From NCBI GenBank assembly GCA_964016885.1, contig OZ024743.1, forward strand, positions 257,114,001 through 257,178,000: a stretch of 64,000 bases of DNA. The letters are read 5' to 3'. How positions within the stretch are numbered: the first letter of the stretch is position 1; each line of letters starts with the position of its first letter. The DNA is from Eledone cirrhosa (lineage: Eukaryota). The position numbers and the translations under genes are program-made. The notes beneath the pieces are model-generated. The model had not been told where the DNA came from. It worked only from the letters and a program-made list of their open reading frames with translations, and did no database searches. Positions 39,768 to 53,995 of the stretch are shown here, in pieces.

Positions 39768-41084
39768 TATATATATAAGTATGTATGTGTATGTAGAAAT
39801 ATCCATAGGTGTGAAAAAGGAAAATGGAAAATAGTGCTCAATCAGGGAAGAGAGCTGTTATATTATATTATTTATTTATGTTCATACATGGAACAAAATC
39901 ACTACCTAAGGTTTCAAGGCCCAATAATGACCATGTCTCCAAAATATAAGAGGGATCAAAATTCTGACTTAATCTTCAGAAATGTATATGTGTTTATGCA
40001 TATATGTCTGTGTACATATATATTTGTGTGTGAATGTGTACATGTATACAACAACCCATAAACTGTATGTATGCTCCTGGTGGAATCATAGGAGCACCAT
40101 CATGATATATGGCATGTCTTGGGCACTATAAACTTTAAACCTGGTGGAGCACATCGTCTCTCTAGATCAGAACATAGCCAATTTCTTCCTGAAAAAGAAA
40201 GAGAGAGTAACACAGAGATATAGAGGAAGAATATAGTACTAGATTAGTATCTGTTTTAACAAACTCATGCCTGTATAAACATTTATATCTATCCACACAG
40301 TAAACAAGTACCACAGCACATATTCCCCAGAAAAGGCTTCACTTAAGATAATCTAATAGAGATGACTTCCAGAGGATACCAAGGTCATTGAGAATAGATT
40401 ATATTTATGTGAGATGAGTTTTTACATCCTTGTCTGTGAATGTAATGTTACTCTCTAAGGATTTGAGCCTTAAAATCACTGAGCTTTTAAGAATTCATAT
40501 ATTGGAATCATTGGATTGTAGTTACACATTTCCCAGCAAATATAACTTTAAAGTAACTTGAAACTTTCTCAATATTCTAAAAAATTCGATTAAAGCACCA
40601 GACACAGGTTTGCCAGAGGAAAGCCATTCGTTAAGTTTTCCAATGAAATATCAGATTTAAAATATTACTTTTCGTTACTCTATTTTATTTCAAAATGGCT
40701 CGATCTTTGAATTCATAGAAAATAATTCTTCTGACCTCTGTCTTACATTCTATCTATTATAAAAAATGTATATTTGTAGCATTTCATTGCCAATGACTTC
40801 ACAGGTTCTCTTTCTTTGTTGCTCTTTTGTCTATTATTATACATTTGTTATTTCTTTACCTCTCCCTTTATTCATCTCCTCATTTTTGTCCACTGCAATC
40901 TTCTCTGATAGATTATGCCAACTTTAGTAACTTTCAAGCCTTCCAGAACATTCTTCACATTACACGAAATAAAATTTATGTCTGTTCATATAAATATATA
41001 TAAATGTATGTACACACACACACACACGCACACATACATGTGTATATGTCTAAGAATGTATAAATGTTTCAATGTATGCTTAAA

Positions 41085-41117
41085 TATATATATGTATGTA
41101 TATATATATATATATAT

Positions 41118-41192
<75 letters not shown>

Positions 41193-41320
41193 CATATATA
41201 TATATATATATATATGTACATACACACATATACATAAACACACATACATACACACACATACACACACACATACACACAGATACATACACACACATACACA
41301 CACACACATATATATATATG
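41085..41320. repeat. (TA)n/(CA)n microsatellite
   Basis: Direct reading. Confidence 0.95.
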
Positions 41321-41390
41321 GTAATCATTTTATATTATTATACATTATTATACATTATACAATTGTTACATATTATTTTCGAAACAAAAA

Positions 41391-41579
41391 GGGCGGTGGA
41401 TTGGCAGTATCGGTAGAGGGTCGGACGCCATGCTTTCCAGCATAGTTACGTCCATTTACGATCTGAGTTCAAATCCCGCCGAGGTTGACTTTGCCTTTCA
41501 TCCTTACGGGTTCGATAAAATAAAGTACCAGTAATGCACTGGGTAATTGCTGGCCTTGTGCCTAAAGTAGAAACAATTA
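41391..41579 (+). mobile_element. tRNA-derived SINE, family B, full length with TSD
   Basis: A-box tggcagtatcggtag, B-box gagttcaaatcc, central gcctttcatccttacgggttcgataaa. Direct repeat attattttc(g/a)aaacaa at 41372 and 41576. Confidence 0.92.
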
Positions 41580-42529
41580 TTTTCAAAACAATAATAAGAT
41601 TCTGTTCTTTAAGATGAAAAAATAAATTTTGTATCTATATTCTTGATATTTTTTTGTCTGTGGTATTTAACCAGCAGCACTGTGACTATTTCTGTTTTTC
41701 GGAAATTATACATGTTTCTTCCTGTCCTGTCATGTTTTCCCCTACATAACCCTAGAACTTGGAGCCTTCACGTGTATCGGTGAAAAATAGAAATATCAAT
41801 GAAATCATTCCAATATTCAGCAGTTTATAATGTGTGTCACAGTAAAATAACAAAAGATCTGTCCATTCAGATTTGACAATATATTTGACTGATAATGATG
41901 TAATGCAATGAGATGTGTGTGTCATTCTTTAGGCACACATACTCACACACACACACATATAAACACATACACTTACATAAACCCACACTGACATATATGA
42001 CTCACATTCACACATATATATAAACACTCACATAAACCCAAACAGACCACATAAACAAACACTCATATAATAACATACAGATGTAAATAATACTTAAATG
42101 TGCATATAATGCTACACTTTTACATATACTTATATATAGACATAGACTGGGTATGTCATAGTGAAGGCAAGCTGTCTGGGAGAGCAGTCACTCTGAATAA
42201 AAACTTATACAGAATAGAGATGGCCCTTAAGTCTTGTCAGACAACCTCTCTAATGTGGGTCTCACAATAAAGTGCATCCAGTCTACACTGTAATGTGACT
42301 GGTGATAGGAAGGGTATCTAGCTTGTAAAACACTGTGAAACATTTTAAAAAACACAACCTATAATATACACATTAATTGTGTATACAGCACTAATACTAA
42401 GCATGTTAGTGTTGTGCATATCCGAGCAACGTATGAGAACCCCTCCACTGTCGTCAAGTGATCACACATCCACTTTCTTTGTCAGGCGCACAAAGCTACT
42501 ACCAAAAGACAAACACCACAGTTAGGTAG

Positions 42530-43985
42530 CCCAATTTTAGGACAGCTACTCTTAATGCTAGCTCACTGAAAGCTAGATCTGGGGAAATTGTAGCGATTCT
42601 TGAATGGAGATCAGTAGATGTATGCTATGTTAAGTGGGTGAGGTGGAAGTGAACCTCAGCCAGACTTTTCACAGGCAAACAGCACAGATATAAGCACTTC
42701 TGGGTAAGTGGAGTGGAATCTTACTAGCTGAGAAGTGGATAGATAAGGTAATTGTAGTTAGAGTAAATGAGAGAATTATCAAGCTTAGAATAGTTACAGG
42801 CAATAAAATGTCAATGGTTATCTCTACTTATGCCGCACAATTGAGTTTACTTCTTAAGTAAAGAAGAAAAGGGATGTTTTATGAGGACCTCTTACAGATG
42901 ATTTCAATAACAGATGACAGCGATGGGTAACTTTAAAGATTTTGTTGGTCAACAAGAGGATGGCTACTTTGGAGTGCATGTTAGCTATTGATATAGCTCA
43001 AGAAATGAAAAGGTACCAAAGCTCCTAGAATTATGCAATAACTCACTATTTGCAACTTCAGGAAACTGGCTAGTCATTTGATCACTTATCAATCAGGCCA
43101 ACACACAAACCAGATTTATTTCGTGTTCATTAGTAAATGGGATAGACAGATGGTAATGAATTCCCAAGGAAGAATGCCCCCCACAACTTAAGTCGATTAT
43201 CAGTGAGAGTGTGGGAGATGAAATGCTATTTTTTTTAAAATATAGGTTCAAAAAGCTCTATGTTACATGAAGAAGGAAAAGAAGGAGATAAAATTATATT
43301 GACATAAGGGGACAATTGGAAGTTTCTATAGTATAACATTTTGCAGGCCACGGATATGACCTGTGACTGGAGCAACATCCTAGCTAAATAAAGAGTGACC
43401 TGGTAGTGGAATAGCATCGTAGGGAGACCAATTAAAGCTAAGAGACGGGCATGAATGGGCAGGTAAAATGGGGACAACAAAGAACAATATCAAATAACTA
43501 AAATAAACTAGACAATAGATTTACATAGCTAAAGGTAGGAGACTTGCCAATGTTCTATGACATGAGCATGAGAGGCATGAGGTGTTACATATTTCAAAAG
43601 AGTGTTTCATTGCAAATCAGGATGTTGTTGCAAGAAAGTGAGTTCAGAATGACACTTCTGGATTTAGACTCAATGAAGTTCAGAAATTATATTACAAAAG
43701 ATTGATGAACGCCGAAAATGAATGAGTTGGTATGTCCATTGATCTGTATAGATGATGATCATTGGGGGAAAAATTGCCAGGAGTTCCAAGTGGGGGTGGG
43801 TGGGGGTGGAGCAAATAATGAAGAAGGAAAACCTGGGCAGAAATGGTGAGAGTGCATCACAAAACTCTAAAACTCAGAAAGGAAATGTCAAAGGTGCACA
43901 ATCAGAGATGGGAAGATGTGTTGGAAGAGACATGTGCAACTTATGCAAGAATGGAAAACAGACATAACAAAAGTGATGTTGAAAT
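42530..43985 (+). mobile_element. Old internally deleted RTE LINE including the AP-endonuclease region
   Basis: Translation TATLNASSLKARSGEIVAILEWRSVDVCYV..VRW and GILLAEKWIDKVIVVRVNERIIKLRIV..VISTYAAQ (APE motifs), with many stops and frameshifts. Decayed 3' end near 43840-43985. Confidence 0.8.
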
Positions 43986-44297
43986 ATATAAATGTATGGG
44001 TATATATATATATATATATACTCACGTGCACAAATGTGGAGACACACGAAATATGCAATTTTATTTTATCCCTATTGTAACAGATTTTAAAATAACACTT
44101 AAACAAATATTCTCATGAGTAGTCACATATATATATATGAATATAAATACACACAAACACATATACAATATACATATGTATTATGTGATCACGAAATGTA
44201 TGTATGCATGTCATCACTGCCAGATTGATCCTTGTCATTGTTACCATTCATATTTTTACATCATTTTATCTCTATTTCCTCCACAAGACACACACAC

Positions 44298-44334
<37 letters not shown>

Positions 44335-44469
44335 ATGTGTCTTTATACTGAATGTATATGCTCCTTTATATTCTATACATACACAGGAAAAATATTTTTC
44401 CATGTAATTTTATGATTCCGCTTTACACATATTATGTTATTTAGATTATTCAGAATCAAAAATAATGTT

Positions 44470-44516
<47 letters not shown>

Positions 44517-45895
44517 GCCTGAAAAACCTTTTCTAAAGATATCTAAACTATTTTTGTCATACAAAATCAAGCTGAAATGAAATGAAGTAAGCAATAAAGT
44601 TAATAAAGCAGAAATCAACATGTTAAAATAAATAAAAAAAACCTCAAGAAAACATTGTACTATCAACGACAATAATAATATGGCACGCAAATAAATGTAA
44701 ATGAGATTTTCCATGAGGATTCTTAACTAATTTGATGGAAGTTTGCTTCTTAAGAAACCACATATTATTTTTTATGGGTTGAAGTATTCATGAATGAATA
44801 ATGGCAAATGTTTTGTTGATTTTCATTAAATTGAACCCCTGACATTTAGTTGTCTATATATGAATGGCATGAAAACAGACTTCAACAAAAGCCAGATAGT
44901 TAAATATGCTATACAACTTTCTCAGCAGATGAAAATATAAATACACATTTCTCTCCCTCTCATATATGTTTATACACGTGTGCACACATACGAATATATA
45001 TATCCATATATACACCCACATACCTCCACCACATGCACATATATATATATATTAAGTTTTGCGTTAAGGAGCCAAAGTATATAACAAAGTTATATAATTG
45101 TATATATGCAGAAAAAAATTAACCCAATCTCTCTATATATGTATATATACACATACACCCATATATATATATATATACTGGTTGTTGGCTCAATACAAAA
45201 CTTGACCACATCAATGTCAGACTACTCAGATCTGATATGAGATCTTATGTGGCTTATTAAACCAGTCATATACTTTGTATATAAGGCAAGGAATATGTGA
45301 CAAAAATTTCAATAGTGAAATGTAGTGGGGGTTGGTTTATATTCTAGGTCAATATTTTGCTAATGTTCCCCATCTTCTAATTCTACGTAAATAAATGCTA
45401 AAATACTTTCACTTTGGAGGTTTTACTATGGTTCTGAATATTACACCAGTTTAACTTTGGAGGAGAAATTTATTTTTCCTAATTGTTTTTATGTGTTTCG
45501 AATGAATACAGCCTTAAAATTGTCTGAAATTGGTAAAAAATAATTATGTAATGGAGTTGTGAAGATAAAACCATATTCTAAACAACATTTAAGATGTTTT
45601 AGATATCAAAATATTAAAATTTCATAAATATAGCCTCCACCTACAAGAATTTCAAAACAACATTATCTAAATATGCATGAATTAGCAGCCTTGGCTTATA
45701 CATGGGGTTTGGATTTTTATCCATTTCTCATACATAAAGTAAGTCCTCGATTTACATTCGAGGATATATTATATATATATATAAAGAAAAATAAATCAAC
45801 AAGCAAAAATAGAACATGGGAGTAGAGTAGAATACGATGATAACATTAATTTAACTAATGATATAGTAGGAAAAGAGTCTTTACATAATATATAT

Positions 45896-46227
45896 GGAGG
45901 CACATGGCTTAGTGGTTAGAGCATTGGCTTGCAATCGAAAGGTTGTGAGTTCAATTCTCAGACCGGGTGATGTGTTGTTTCCTTGAGCAAGACACTTTAT
46001 TTCACATTGCTCCAGTTTACTCAGCTGTAGAAATGAGATGATAGGGACTGGAGTCCCTATCATTCCACTGCAAAGTGGTCGTGGAGGTGCCACGGCAAAA
46101 AGCACCCAGTACTCACTGTAAATGAGGTTGGTATTAGGAAGGGCATCCAGCTGTAGAAATCAAGCCAGAATCAGTAGCCGTCCGACCCTACAAGCAAGGA
46201 AAAGTGGACGTAAAATAATGATGATGA
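45896..46227 (+). mobile_element. tRNA-derived SINE, family A, full length
   Basis: ggaggcacatggcttagtggttagagc (A-box), gagttcaattc (B-box), CORE-like centre, LINE tail and (gat)n end; inserted in TA repeats. Confidence 0.93.
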
Positions 46228-46283
46228 TATATATATATGTATATATATATATACATACACACATGTATATATATATATATATA

Positions 46284-47436
46284 TGGTAGAACTAGAGAAG
46301 AATTTCCAAACTTGGAAGCAGGGACTAGAAAGAAAGGGTCTCAAAGTCAACCTCACAAAGACTAAGGTCCTTGTAAGTAGACTAGAAAACAGAACCCAGA
46401 TCACCTCAGTATGTAGGAAAGGTGTAGGTAGGAATTCCATTCTCTGCCCCAAATGCAAACAATGGGTACACAAGAGATGTAGTGGGATCTCAGGAAGCTT
46501 AATTAAGAATGTAGGTTTCACATGTAGCAGCTGTGCTGGGACAGCAAGCAGCAAACAGCCACAGGAAACAAGTACCACCAATCTCTGTAGAAACAGTAGA
46601 CAATAACTAGGGTAAGAACGGGATGGAAGAAGTTCAGGGAACTACTACCACTGCTAGCTGCAAAAGGCTTTTCCCTCAAAATGAAAGGCTGACTGTATGA
46701 TGTGTATATGCGAACAGCAATGTTACATGGTAATGAGACCTGGGCGCTGAAGGTGGAAGACTTATGTAGATTAGAAAGAAACAAAGCCTGCATGCTCCGA
46801 TGGATGTGTGATAGTACTATACATGAACGGCAAAGCATAAATGAATTGAGAGAGAGACTGAGCATAAGAGGAATCAAATGCTGTGTGCAGGAGAGGCGGT
46901 TGCATTGGTATGGACATGTGATGCGTATGAAGGATGACAGCTGCATAAAAAGGTGCAGAGCACTAGAAGTCAATGGAAACCGCGGAGGGGGAAGACCCAA
47001 GATGACCTGGGATGAGGGGATAAAAGCCGACCTTACCCAATTACACCTCTCAAAGGCGATGACACATGACCGTGACCTCTGGCGTCACATTACCCGAGTA
47101 CCCGACCTCCCATGGGTACAAGCTGAAGCATGTAAACAATATGCCCCCACACCCTCCCACTGCAAAGTGGTCGTGGAGGTGCCATGGCAGAAACGCACCC
47201 AGCCCACACTGTTAAGTGGACGTGTAGGCGCCACGGAAAAAAAAGCACCCACCACTCACTGTAAATGAGGTTGGTGTTAGGAAGGGCATCCAGCTGTAGA
47301 AATCAAACCAAAATCAGTTCCTCTATGAGCAAGGCATGGTCAGCCGACCAGACACTGCCCACAACAGGACAACCCGTCTAACCCATGCTAGCATGGAAGA
47401 ACGGACGTAAAACGGTGATGATGATGATGATGATGA
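46284..47436 (+). mobile_element. 5'-truncated RTE-clade LINE (RT C-terminus, PHD-like finger, 3' UTR)
   Basis: WKQGLERKGLKVNLTKTKVL..VCRKGVGRNSILCPKCKQWVHKRCSG; RRLHWYGHVMR..RGGGRPKMTW; (gat)n tail; internal deletion and frameshift. Confidence 0.92.
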
Positions 47437-47465
47437 TATATATATACATGTATATATATATATAT

Positions 47466-47830
47466 GCAGAGGTTATATTTAATTTGTTGTGATTCAACAA
47501 GCTTAAACATTTTTATAACTGATATAAAGCACTCAACAGTTATTGGAGTAAATATTCAATATATTAGTAAATGGAAACTATATTTACAAAACCATAATTA
47601 TTTTATTATATATATTTCAAGGGCAACCAAGGCAAATTATGGTGCGCTTTCATCAGATAATTTTATAAATAAATATTGACATACCCGGTAAAAAGACAAC
47701 CTTAACGGTTGAAGCTTCCTGTATTTTCTCTGATGAAAGCGCACCATAATTTGCCTTGGTTGCCCTTTAAATATATATAATAAAATAATTATGGTTTTAT
47801 AAATATAGTTTCCATTTATTAATATATTGT
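47466..47830. mobile_element. Penelope-like pLTR foldback, second copy of the 37.4-37.8 kb family
   Basis: Inverted arms ~47557-47656 and ~47730-47829 contain the hammerhead motif; flanked by (TA)n. Confidence 0.8.
47599..47662 (-). ncRNA. Type I hammerhead ribozyme motif with intact core
   Basis: Reverse complement: ttat-CTGATGA-aagcgcacca..tggttgccctt-GAAA-tatata-TA-ataa. The plus-strand arm has GAAA changed to TAAA. Confidence 0.65.
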
Positions 47831-48154
47831 ATATATATATATATATACTCACAAATATATACATATATTTATTTTTGCATATATCATCATCATCATATAT
47901 CTGTTTAAATCCCATTCCCCATGTGCCATATAGCATTCAGCCCACTTATTTATACACCCCATCAATGCCTCTCATAGGCGTATACATTTGAAAGTGGTTC
48001 CCATTAAGCAGAACTTCTAAACCTATAAACCAAGTATAAACGGAACATGCAAGCATGAGGTGGTCAACTGATTGGTTTAGCCACAGCATGTGACAACTTA
48101 TCTAACCCATGCGAGCATTGAAACTGGATGTTAAATGGGTTGATGATGATGATA

Positions 48155-48930
48155 ATTTTCCATGCTTGTATGATTTAGACTGGTCTTTCTTAGTACAGGA
48201 TCACTTCACTCAATGTGATCCATTGCCCTTCTCTCTCTGAGCTTCAGGAATCTGTGATCAGTTCTCAAAACCTCTGCCCAAGTCATCCTTAGTTTACCTC
48301 TAGTGCAGCTTCCTTCTTTTATTATTTCTTGGTACTTCTTCACCAAATGATGATCATCCATATACATCACATGTCATTGCCAGTGCAGTCTTCTGTCCTG
48401 CACACTACATCTTATTCCTTTTATAGCCAGCTTTTCTCTTAGCTTATCCATGCTTCAGCATTCACAAACATTAACAGTGCTTATCCATCAAAGCATGCTT
48501 AATTTATTTCTCTCCAGCTTTTACATATACTCTAAATTTACTGCTCTTGCTTCACTAACACTGCATATTGCAAGTAGCCAATCTTTGGTTCATAGAGAGA
48601 AAACTTTTCAGGCTAACAAATGTATTAGCTCCCTGAACGTTTTTCATTCTGTTATTATTCTGGCTTCTTTGCTACCAGAGTAACCTCCTCTATAGCTAGT
48701 TAAGCCACCTAGGTAGCAGAAACTATCGACTACTTCTATGGATTCTTCTTTGGATTGGAAAATGTTTATTTCACTGATTTTCTTAATAACAACTATCACT
48801 GTATATCTGCCACATCCAAAATCTATCTTTTTTGTTATCCCATTACACTTCTTATATAATTTACCTTGTGTACATCAAAAAGAATTTCTGCCTATATCTA
48901 TGTGTGTGACAATGTTTCTTTGTCTGTTAA
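48155..48930 (-). mobile_element. Decayed RTE LINE fragment
   Basis: Minus strand gives IEVVDSFCYLG (~48706-48740) and RRLHW..HVM-like motifs (~48365-48400). Confidence 0.8.
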
Positions 48931-49359
48931 GAATATCAATAAATGAATACACATGTAAGTGTATGAAAGTGTTTTCCTGTGTGTGTGTGTGTGTGTGTGT
49001 GTAAGTATAAGAATACACACATGCACATTGTTACAATGCAGACATACACATGCACCTATTCTCACAATGCGCGCACACACAAAAGCATGCATATTTTCAT
49101 TTTACATGGATATTGTTGAATATTTTTTTCAAATTGGTTCCATTGACACAATACAAAGCTTTGCGTATATGTGCATGTGTGAGTGCATGGATATATATAT
49201 GTGTATACATATATAAATTATAAACATATATGTGCATATATACAGATATTTATATATGCACATATATATTTATAATTATAAATATATATGTGCATATATA
49301 TATATGCACATATATATTTATAATTTATATATTTATACACATATATATATCCATGCACT

Positions 49360-49403
<44 letters not shown>

Positions 49404-49463
49404 AATATACACACGCATATGTATATATATATATATATTTATATATACTCACACATATGTATG

Positions 49464-49507
<44 letters not shown>

Positions 49508-49831
49508 TATATATATACATACATACATTATATATAGTGTTTATTTCTATTCTACTAGTGTTGATTGCAATCTTGTAAATGTTATCAATACCAAATCCTT
49601 GGCACGCAAGAACTGAAGTTTGCTGTTCTCTACATAGAAAAAAAGACCTAAATGTGGATATAACAGGAATTATAACATTGTTGAGAAAAGGTCATAATTC
49701 ATTTATAGATATTTGATTAATAATGAAGAGAAGATGACATTTTTTTATCACAATGAAATATCAGTAGAAGATATATATTGTACCTCTGTGTTTATCATTT
49801 TAAAAAATTGTATTTATATATATATATATAC

Positions 49832-51030
49832 CTGTGGAGGCTAGAAAAAAATGAGTCGAATATGCTTTGATGGATGTGTAATCTTATTGCACATGAAAAA
49901 CATAGCAGAAGCAAACTAAGGGAAACATTTGACATAAGAGGAATTGGATGTAGTGTGCAAGAGAGAAGACTGCGTTGGTATGAACATGTGATGTGCATGA
50001 AAGATAAGCTGCTTAAATAAATGCAGAGAAACCCCAAGGGTTCTTACCTGTGGAAAAGGCAGACCCAGGAAGATATGGGAAGAGGTTGCGAAAACTGACC
50101 TTAAAAAGCTAAACCTCACAACAGACATAACCAAAGAGAGTGAGGGCTGGCTCTATGCATTACTGAAGAAGAATCAACCGGCAATATACAATGTGGCCTG
50201 ACCTACCTCCATGTCTCCCGATTCCACGAGCACTCATTAACATCTATTCTCAACATCATTATATCACATCGGTAGAGGGTCAGACGCCATGCTTTCCAGC
50301 ATAGTTACGTCCCTTTATGATCTGAGTTAAACTCCCGCCGAGGTTGACTTTGCCTTTCATCCTTACGGGGTCGATAAAATAAAGTACCAATAATGCACTG
50401 GGTAATTGCTGACCTTGTGCCTAAAGTAGAAACGATTATATCACTCTCAGCATACACACTCCCATCCCCCCCCCACACACACACAGATTCCTAGCCGTTG
50501 TGGCACCTTGTTAAGTGCTTAAGTGGTTAGGGAAGGGCATCCATTCATGGAGGGCTTACCAAACACAGGGTTCTGCGAACCCTTCAGTCATATCAAGGAC
50601 ATGACAGTCTTCCTTGTATTTGGGGATCTACACAATAAACACACCCAATGCATGCTGTAAAGTAGTTGGTGATAGGAACAACATTCAGTCATAGAAAGCT
50701 TGCCAAACAAAGAGGTGGGAGGACCCGTTATTAATACCAAGAATATGATAGCCTCGCTAGTTTTGGTGATCTACACAATAAATGCACTCAGTACATGCTC
50801 TGATGTGGTTAGTGATGAAAAGGGCATCCAGTCATATAAAGTTTTCAAACAATGGGTTGGGATGACCCTCAGTTGTGTCAACGACATGATAACCTTTCAG
50901 CTGCACTCAGTTGAACGTGAGACCATTCATAAGTGTGACACAGATCCCTGGATTACCTGTGAGATCGGTAGACATGTTTCTGTACTGAGTTGGTCTACAT
51001 TGACTTGTCCAACCCATGCTAAGAGGGAAA
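49832..51030 (+). mobile_element. Decayed RTE LINE 3' end plus UTR modules, interrupted by a SINE B copy
   Basis: VQERRLRWYEHVM and CGKGRPRKIW-like coding remnants, followed by repeated aagggcatcc modules. Confidence 0.75.
50268..50438 (+). mobile_element. SINE family B, 5'-truncated, with 10-bp TSD
   Basis: Matches 41408-41579; attatatcac at 50258-50267 and 50435-50444. Confidence 0.9.
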
Positions 51031-51932
51031 GCAGTTGGTTGTGGGGGGAAGGGGGGGGGGGGGTCAGTACGTTGTTAGATGTTGACTCTCATCATCATCA
51101 TGAATATCAACAAATGCAGCAGATTATTTTGAACATTTTTTAAACACTACCTTACAAATAATCGGCCAATCAATTTGACAATTTTCTTTTTATTTTAGAA
51201 ACAGTAATATGCATTTGAATGAGTGTGTATCTCTACATAAATATAAATGTGTTTGTGTGTGTCTGTGGTTGTGTGTGTATGTGTGTGTGTGTGTGCGTGC
51301 GTGCATAGTACAGTATAATTTAGTAAAGAATATCCAAAGTTGCAAAAACACTCATTTTGTGGTTATAGTCTGATGACTTAGGGACTATCTCAACAAAAAT
51401 CTGAAACAGGCAAGCAGTGAAGCAATTGCATCCTCAATGACATCAAAGTTATTGCAATATATATTATCATCATTCACTGTCCACTTTTGCTATATATATA
51501 TATATATGTTTATATATATATGGGAGTGTGTGTATATGTATATATATGTATAAATTATTTGTTTATTAAAATAATCAAATTAAATTAATTCAACAGTTAA
51601 TCACACAGGAATAATAAGGTTGTTACCAAAGAGTCAAAAGTTTGACAAGTCGACCCTAAATATAAGTAATATCTCTAGGAAAGCCATGAACGACACCACA
51701 ACTTTTTAACGCTGATTTTGAAAGTAGGTTTATCTTTATTAATTTCATTATACTTTTGTAGCTTCTTGCTGGCCTAGTAGGAGGAATCATAGATGGTGGT
51801 GATCCTGTTCTGAAGTTCAATCTTGGTCGGGAGTAGGGTTCCCGGTAAACCTTTTTCAGTTTTTTCCTATGGGATGTAAAATAAAAACTGTAAAAGATTA
51901 TATATGAATGTATGTATAGTATATTTGATAAT

Positions 51933-52214
51933 ATACTGTATGTTTATTTAAAAACATTTTGAAGACCATTCGCTATGAGTTTTAAAGTAGTGACTATGTC
52001 ACTTACTTTGTCTCGGCAAAAATAAAGGGAAGCAACTGACAGCTGTTTCTCGTTTGTTAATGGTTATCAAGATTGCTTATCCCCTCGCTTCTGCTGAGAT
52101 TTATCGAAGCTGGATTCTTAAAAATAAAGCCGAGACAAAGTAAGTGACATAGTCACTACTTTAAAACTCATAGCGAATGGTCTTCAAAATGTTTTAAAAT
52201 AAACATACAGTATA
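51933..52214. mobile_element. Foldback element with ~85-bp inverted arms
   Basis: Arms 51933-52017 and 52129-52214 are near-perfect reverse complements. Confidence 0.6.
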
Positions 52215-52499
52215 GAGCACTGATACTAATATATATATGCATGTGTGTGTGTGTGTCTATATATGTATGTTTGCATGCATAAATGAATACAATAAGCTTT
52301 AGATTTAGTAAAATGTACAACCACTGATTCCAGTTATGTGCGCTATCATATATCTTGGTTTCTCTTAATTCCCTGGGGATTTGGTTGACCAAATGATTTG
52401 CTTAATTGTTTTATTCATTTTTTATTTTTTATTTATTCTTTCTCTTAAATTTCAGGTGTTTTTTGAAAGCAAAGCATTGGCCGCTAAAATACTACAGTG

Positions 52500-52585
52500 G
52501 GCCCTGCAATGCTACTGTAGGCCTTGCAATGCTCCCGTAAGCCTTGCAAAGCTACCATAGGCCATGCAATGCTACGGTAGGCCTC
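52500..52585. repeat. 20-bp minisatellite (~4 copies, ggccttgcaatgctaccgta-like)
   Basis: Direct reading. Confidence 0.8.
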
Positions 52586-53265
52586 CTGAGGCCAACTTGC
52601 CATTGGGCAACCTGGCTAGTCCACCACTATATATATATATAATTATAATTATACACATTATATACATTTGTATGATAAAAAAGACCATGATGACTGGTGA
52701 CTTGCAGTACTGGAGAAAACTAATCTACCATTACAGGGATGCAACCTTGCTCCAGTAATTTCCTTCCACCATCATTGTTCTATGCAGGGTTATTCTCAAC
52801 ACCCCCTTTCTGTGCCCCATAACTCTTAATCATCACAGTATCCCACTCTTTATGATATCAATTCTATCTTTTTACTCATAACATCATACATGTAATCTTC
52901 CTTGTCACTCATCCTTAACTTCAAATTTATACTTCTTAATTCTCCTCCCCTAAACCTGTCACAAGTCATTATTCTCCTTCCATATGGTAGAGAGAGCTCG
53001 TCTGTCGAGTCAATTATCAAAATCTCCATAGTGTTGGTGCTATGATAAAACATACCCATTACACACGGTAAAGTGGTTGGTCCTAGAAAAAGCATCCAGC
53101 TCTAGAAATCTTGTCATACAAAGGTTATATCAAAGACTGAACAACCTCCATAGTGCTGATGCCATGCTAACATGCCCCCACTGCACCCTACAAAGTGCAA
53201 TAGGGGAGATGAGATGCCCATCCAATCTGAGAGGTCAATAAGTCTTGGGTGGTAATCTTAGTAGT

Positions 53266-53415
53266 GTAGATTTAATTTTGGTTGTGAAGATTTAATCTTG
53301 GTGGAATAGATTTAATCTTGGGTGGTAGACAATCTTGGATGGTAGATTGAATCTTAATTTTAGGTTTTAGGTAGAAGACTGGTATAGTAGACCTCATCTT
53401 GGTTGGTAGATTTAA
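53266..53415. repeat. Degenerate ~20-bp tandem repeat (gtagatttaatcttgg..)
   Basis: Motif agatttaat(c)ttgg recurs 5-6 times. Confidence 0.7.
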
Positions 53416-53849
53416 TACAGTGCCCAGTTAGACAGTTCTAGGTTCAAATACCCTTGAGTGATTTTTGAAAAGTTCACTCTGTTGCACTCATTCAGCCCAG
53501 ATATCTAATTAGAAGCAAACTTCCTTCCTTTTCTCCAACCACACACATAGGCACTGACAATGGCCAGGAGCTTTCATCCCCCCAGTAAGCAGTAAAACAA
53601 TAACAAGAGCAACAACAACATCAGAGACTAATAAACAGAGTAACTGGTTAAAACAAGATAGATTTGATGATTCCTGTAAAATTCATTTACTAAAAGAAAG
53701 AATAAAGTTTTTCAAGAATTATGGATAAACATAAATATAATCACAGTGATGTATAAAAACTATTAATATATTTTACTTTATGAAAGAATGCCATTTAGGA
53801 AAAATATTTTTCCTCCATCTAAGTGGTTTAATAACATACCTTATACATA

Positions 53850-53915
53850 TGTGTGTTCATGTATGTATACATATATGTATGTATATATATATATTTATAT
53901 ATATGTGTGTGTGTG

Positions 53916-53995
<80 letters not shown>

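Noticed and set aside
45896-45970. tRNA gene
   Set aside because: The A and B boxes belong to a multi-copy SINE head that continues into a LINE-derived tail; there is no complete acceptor stem.
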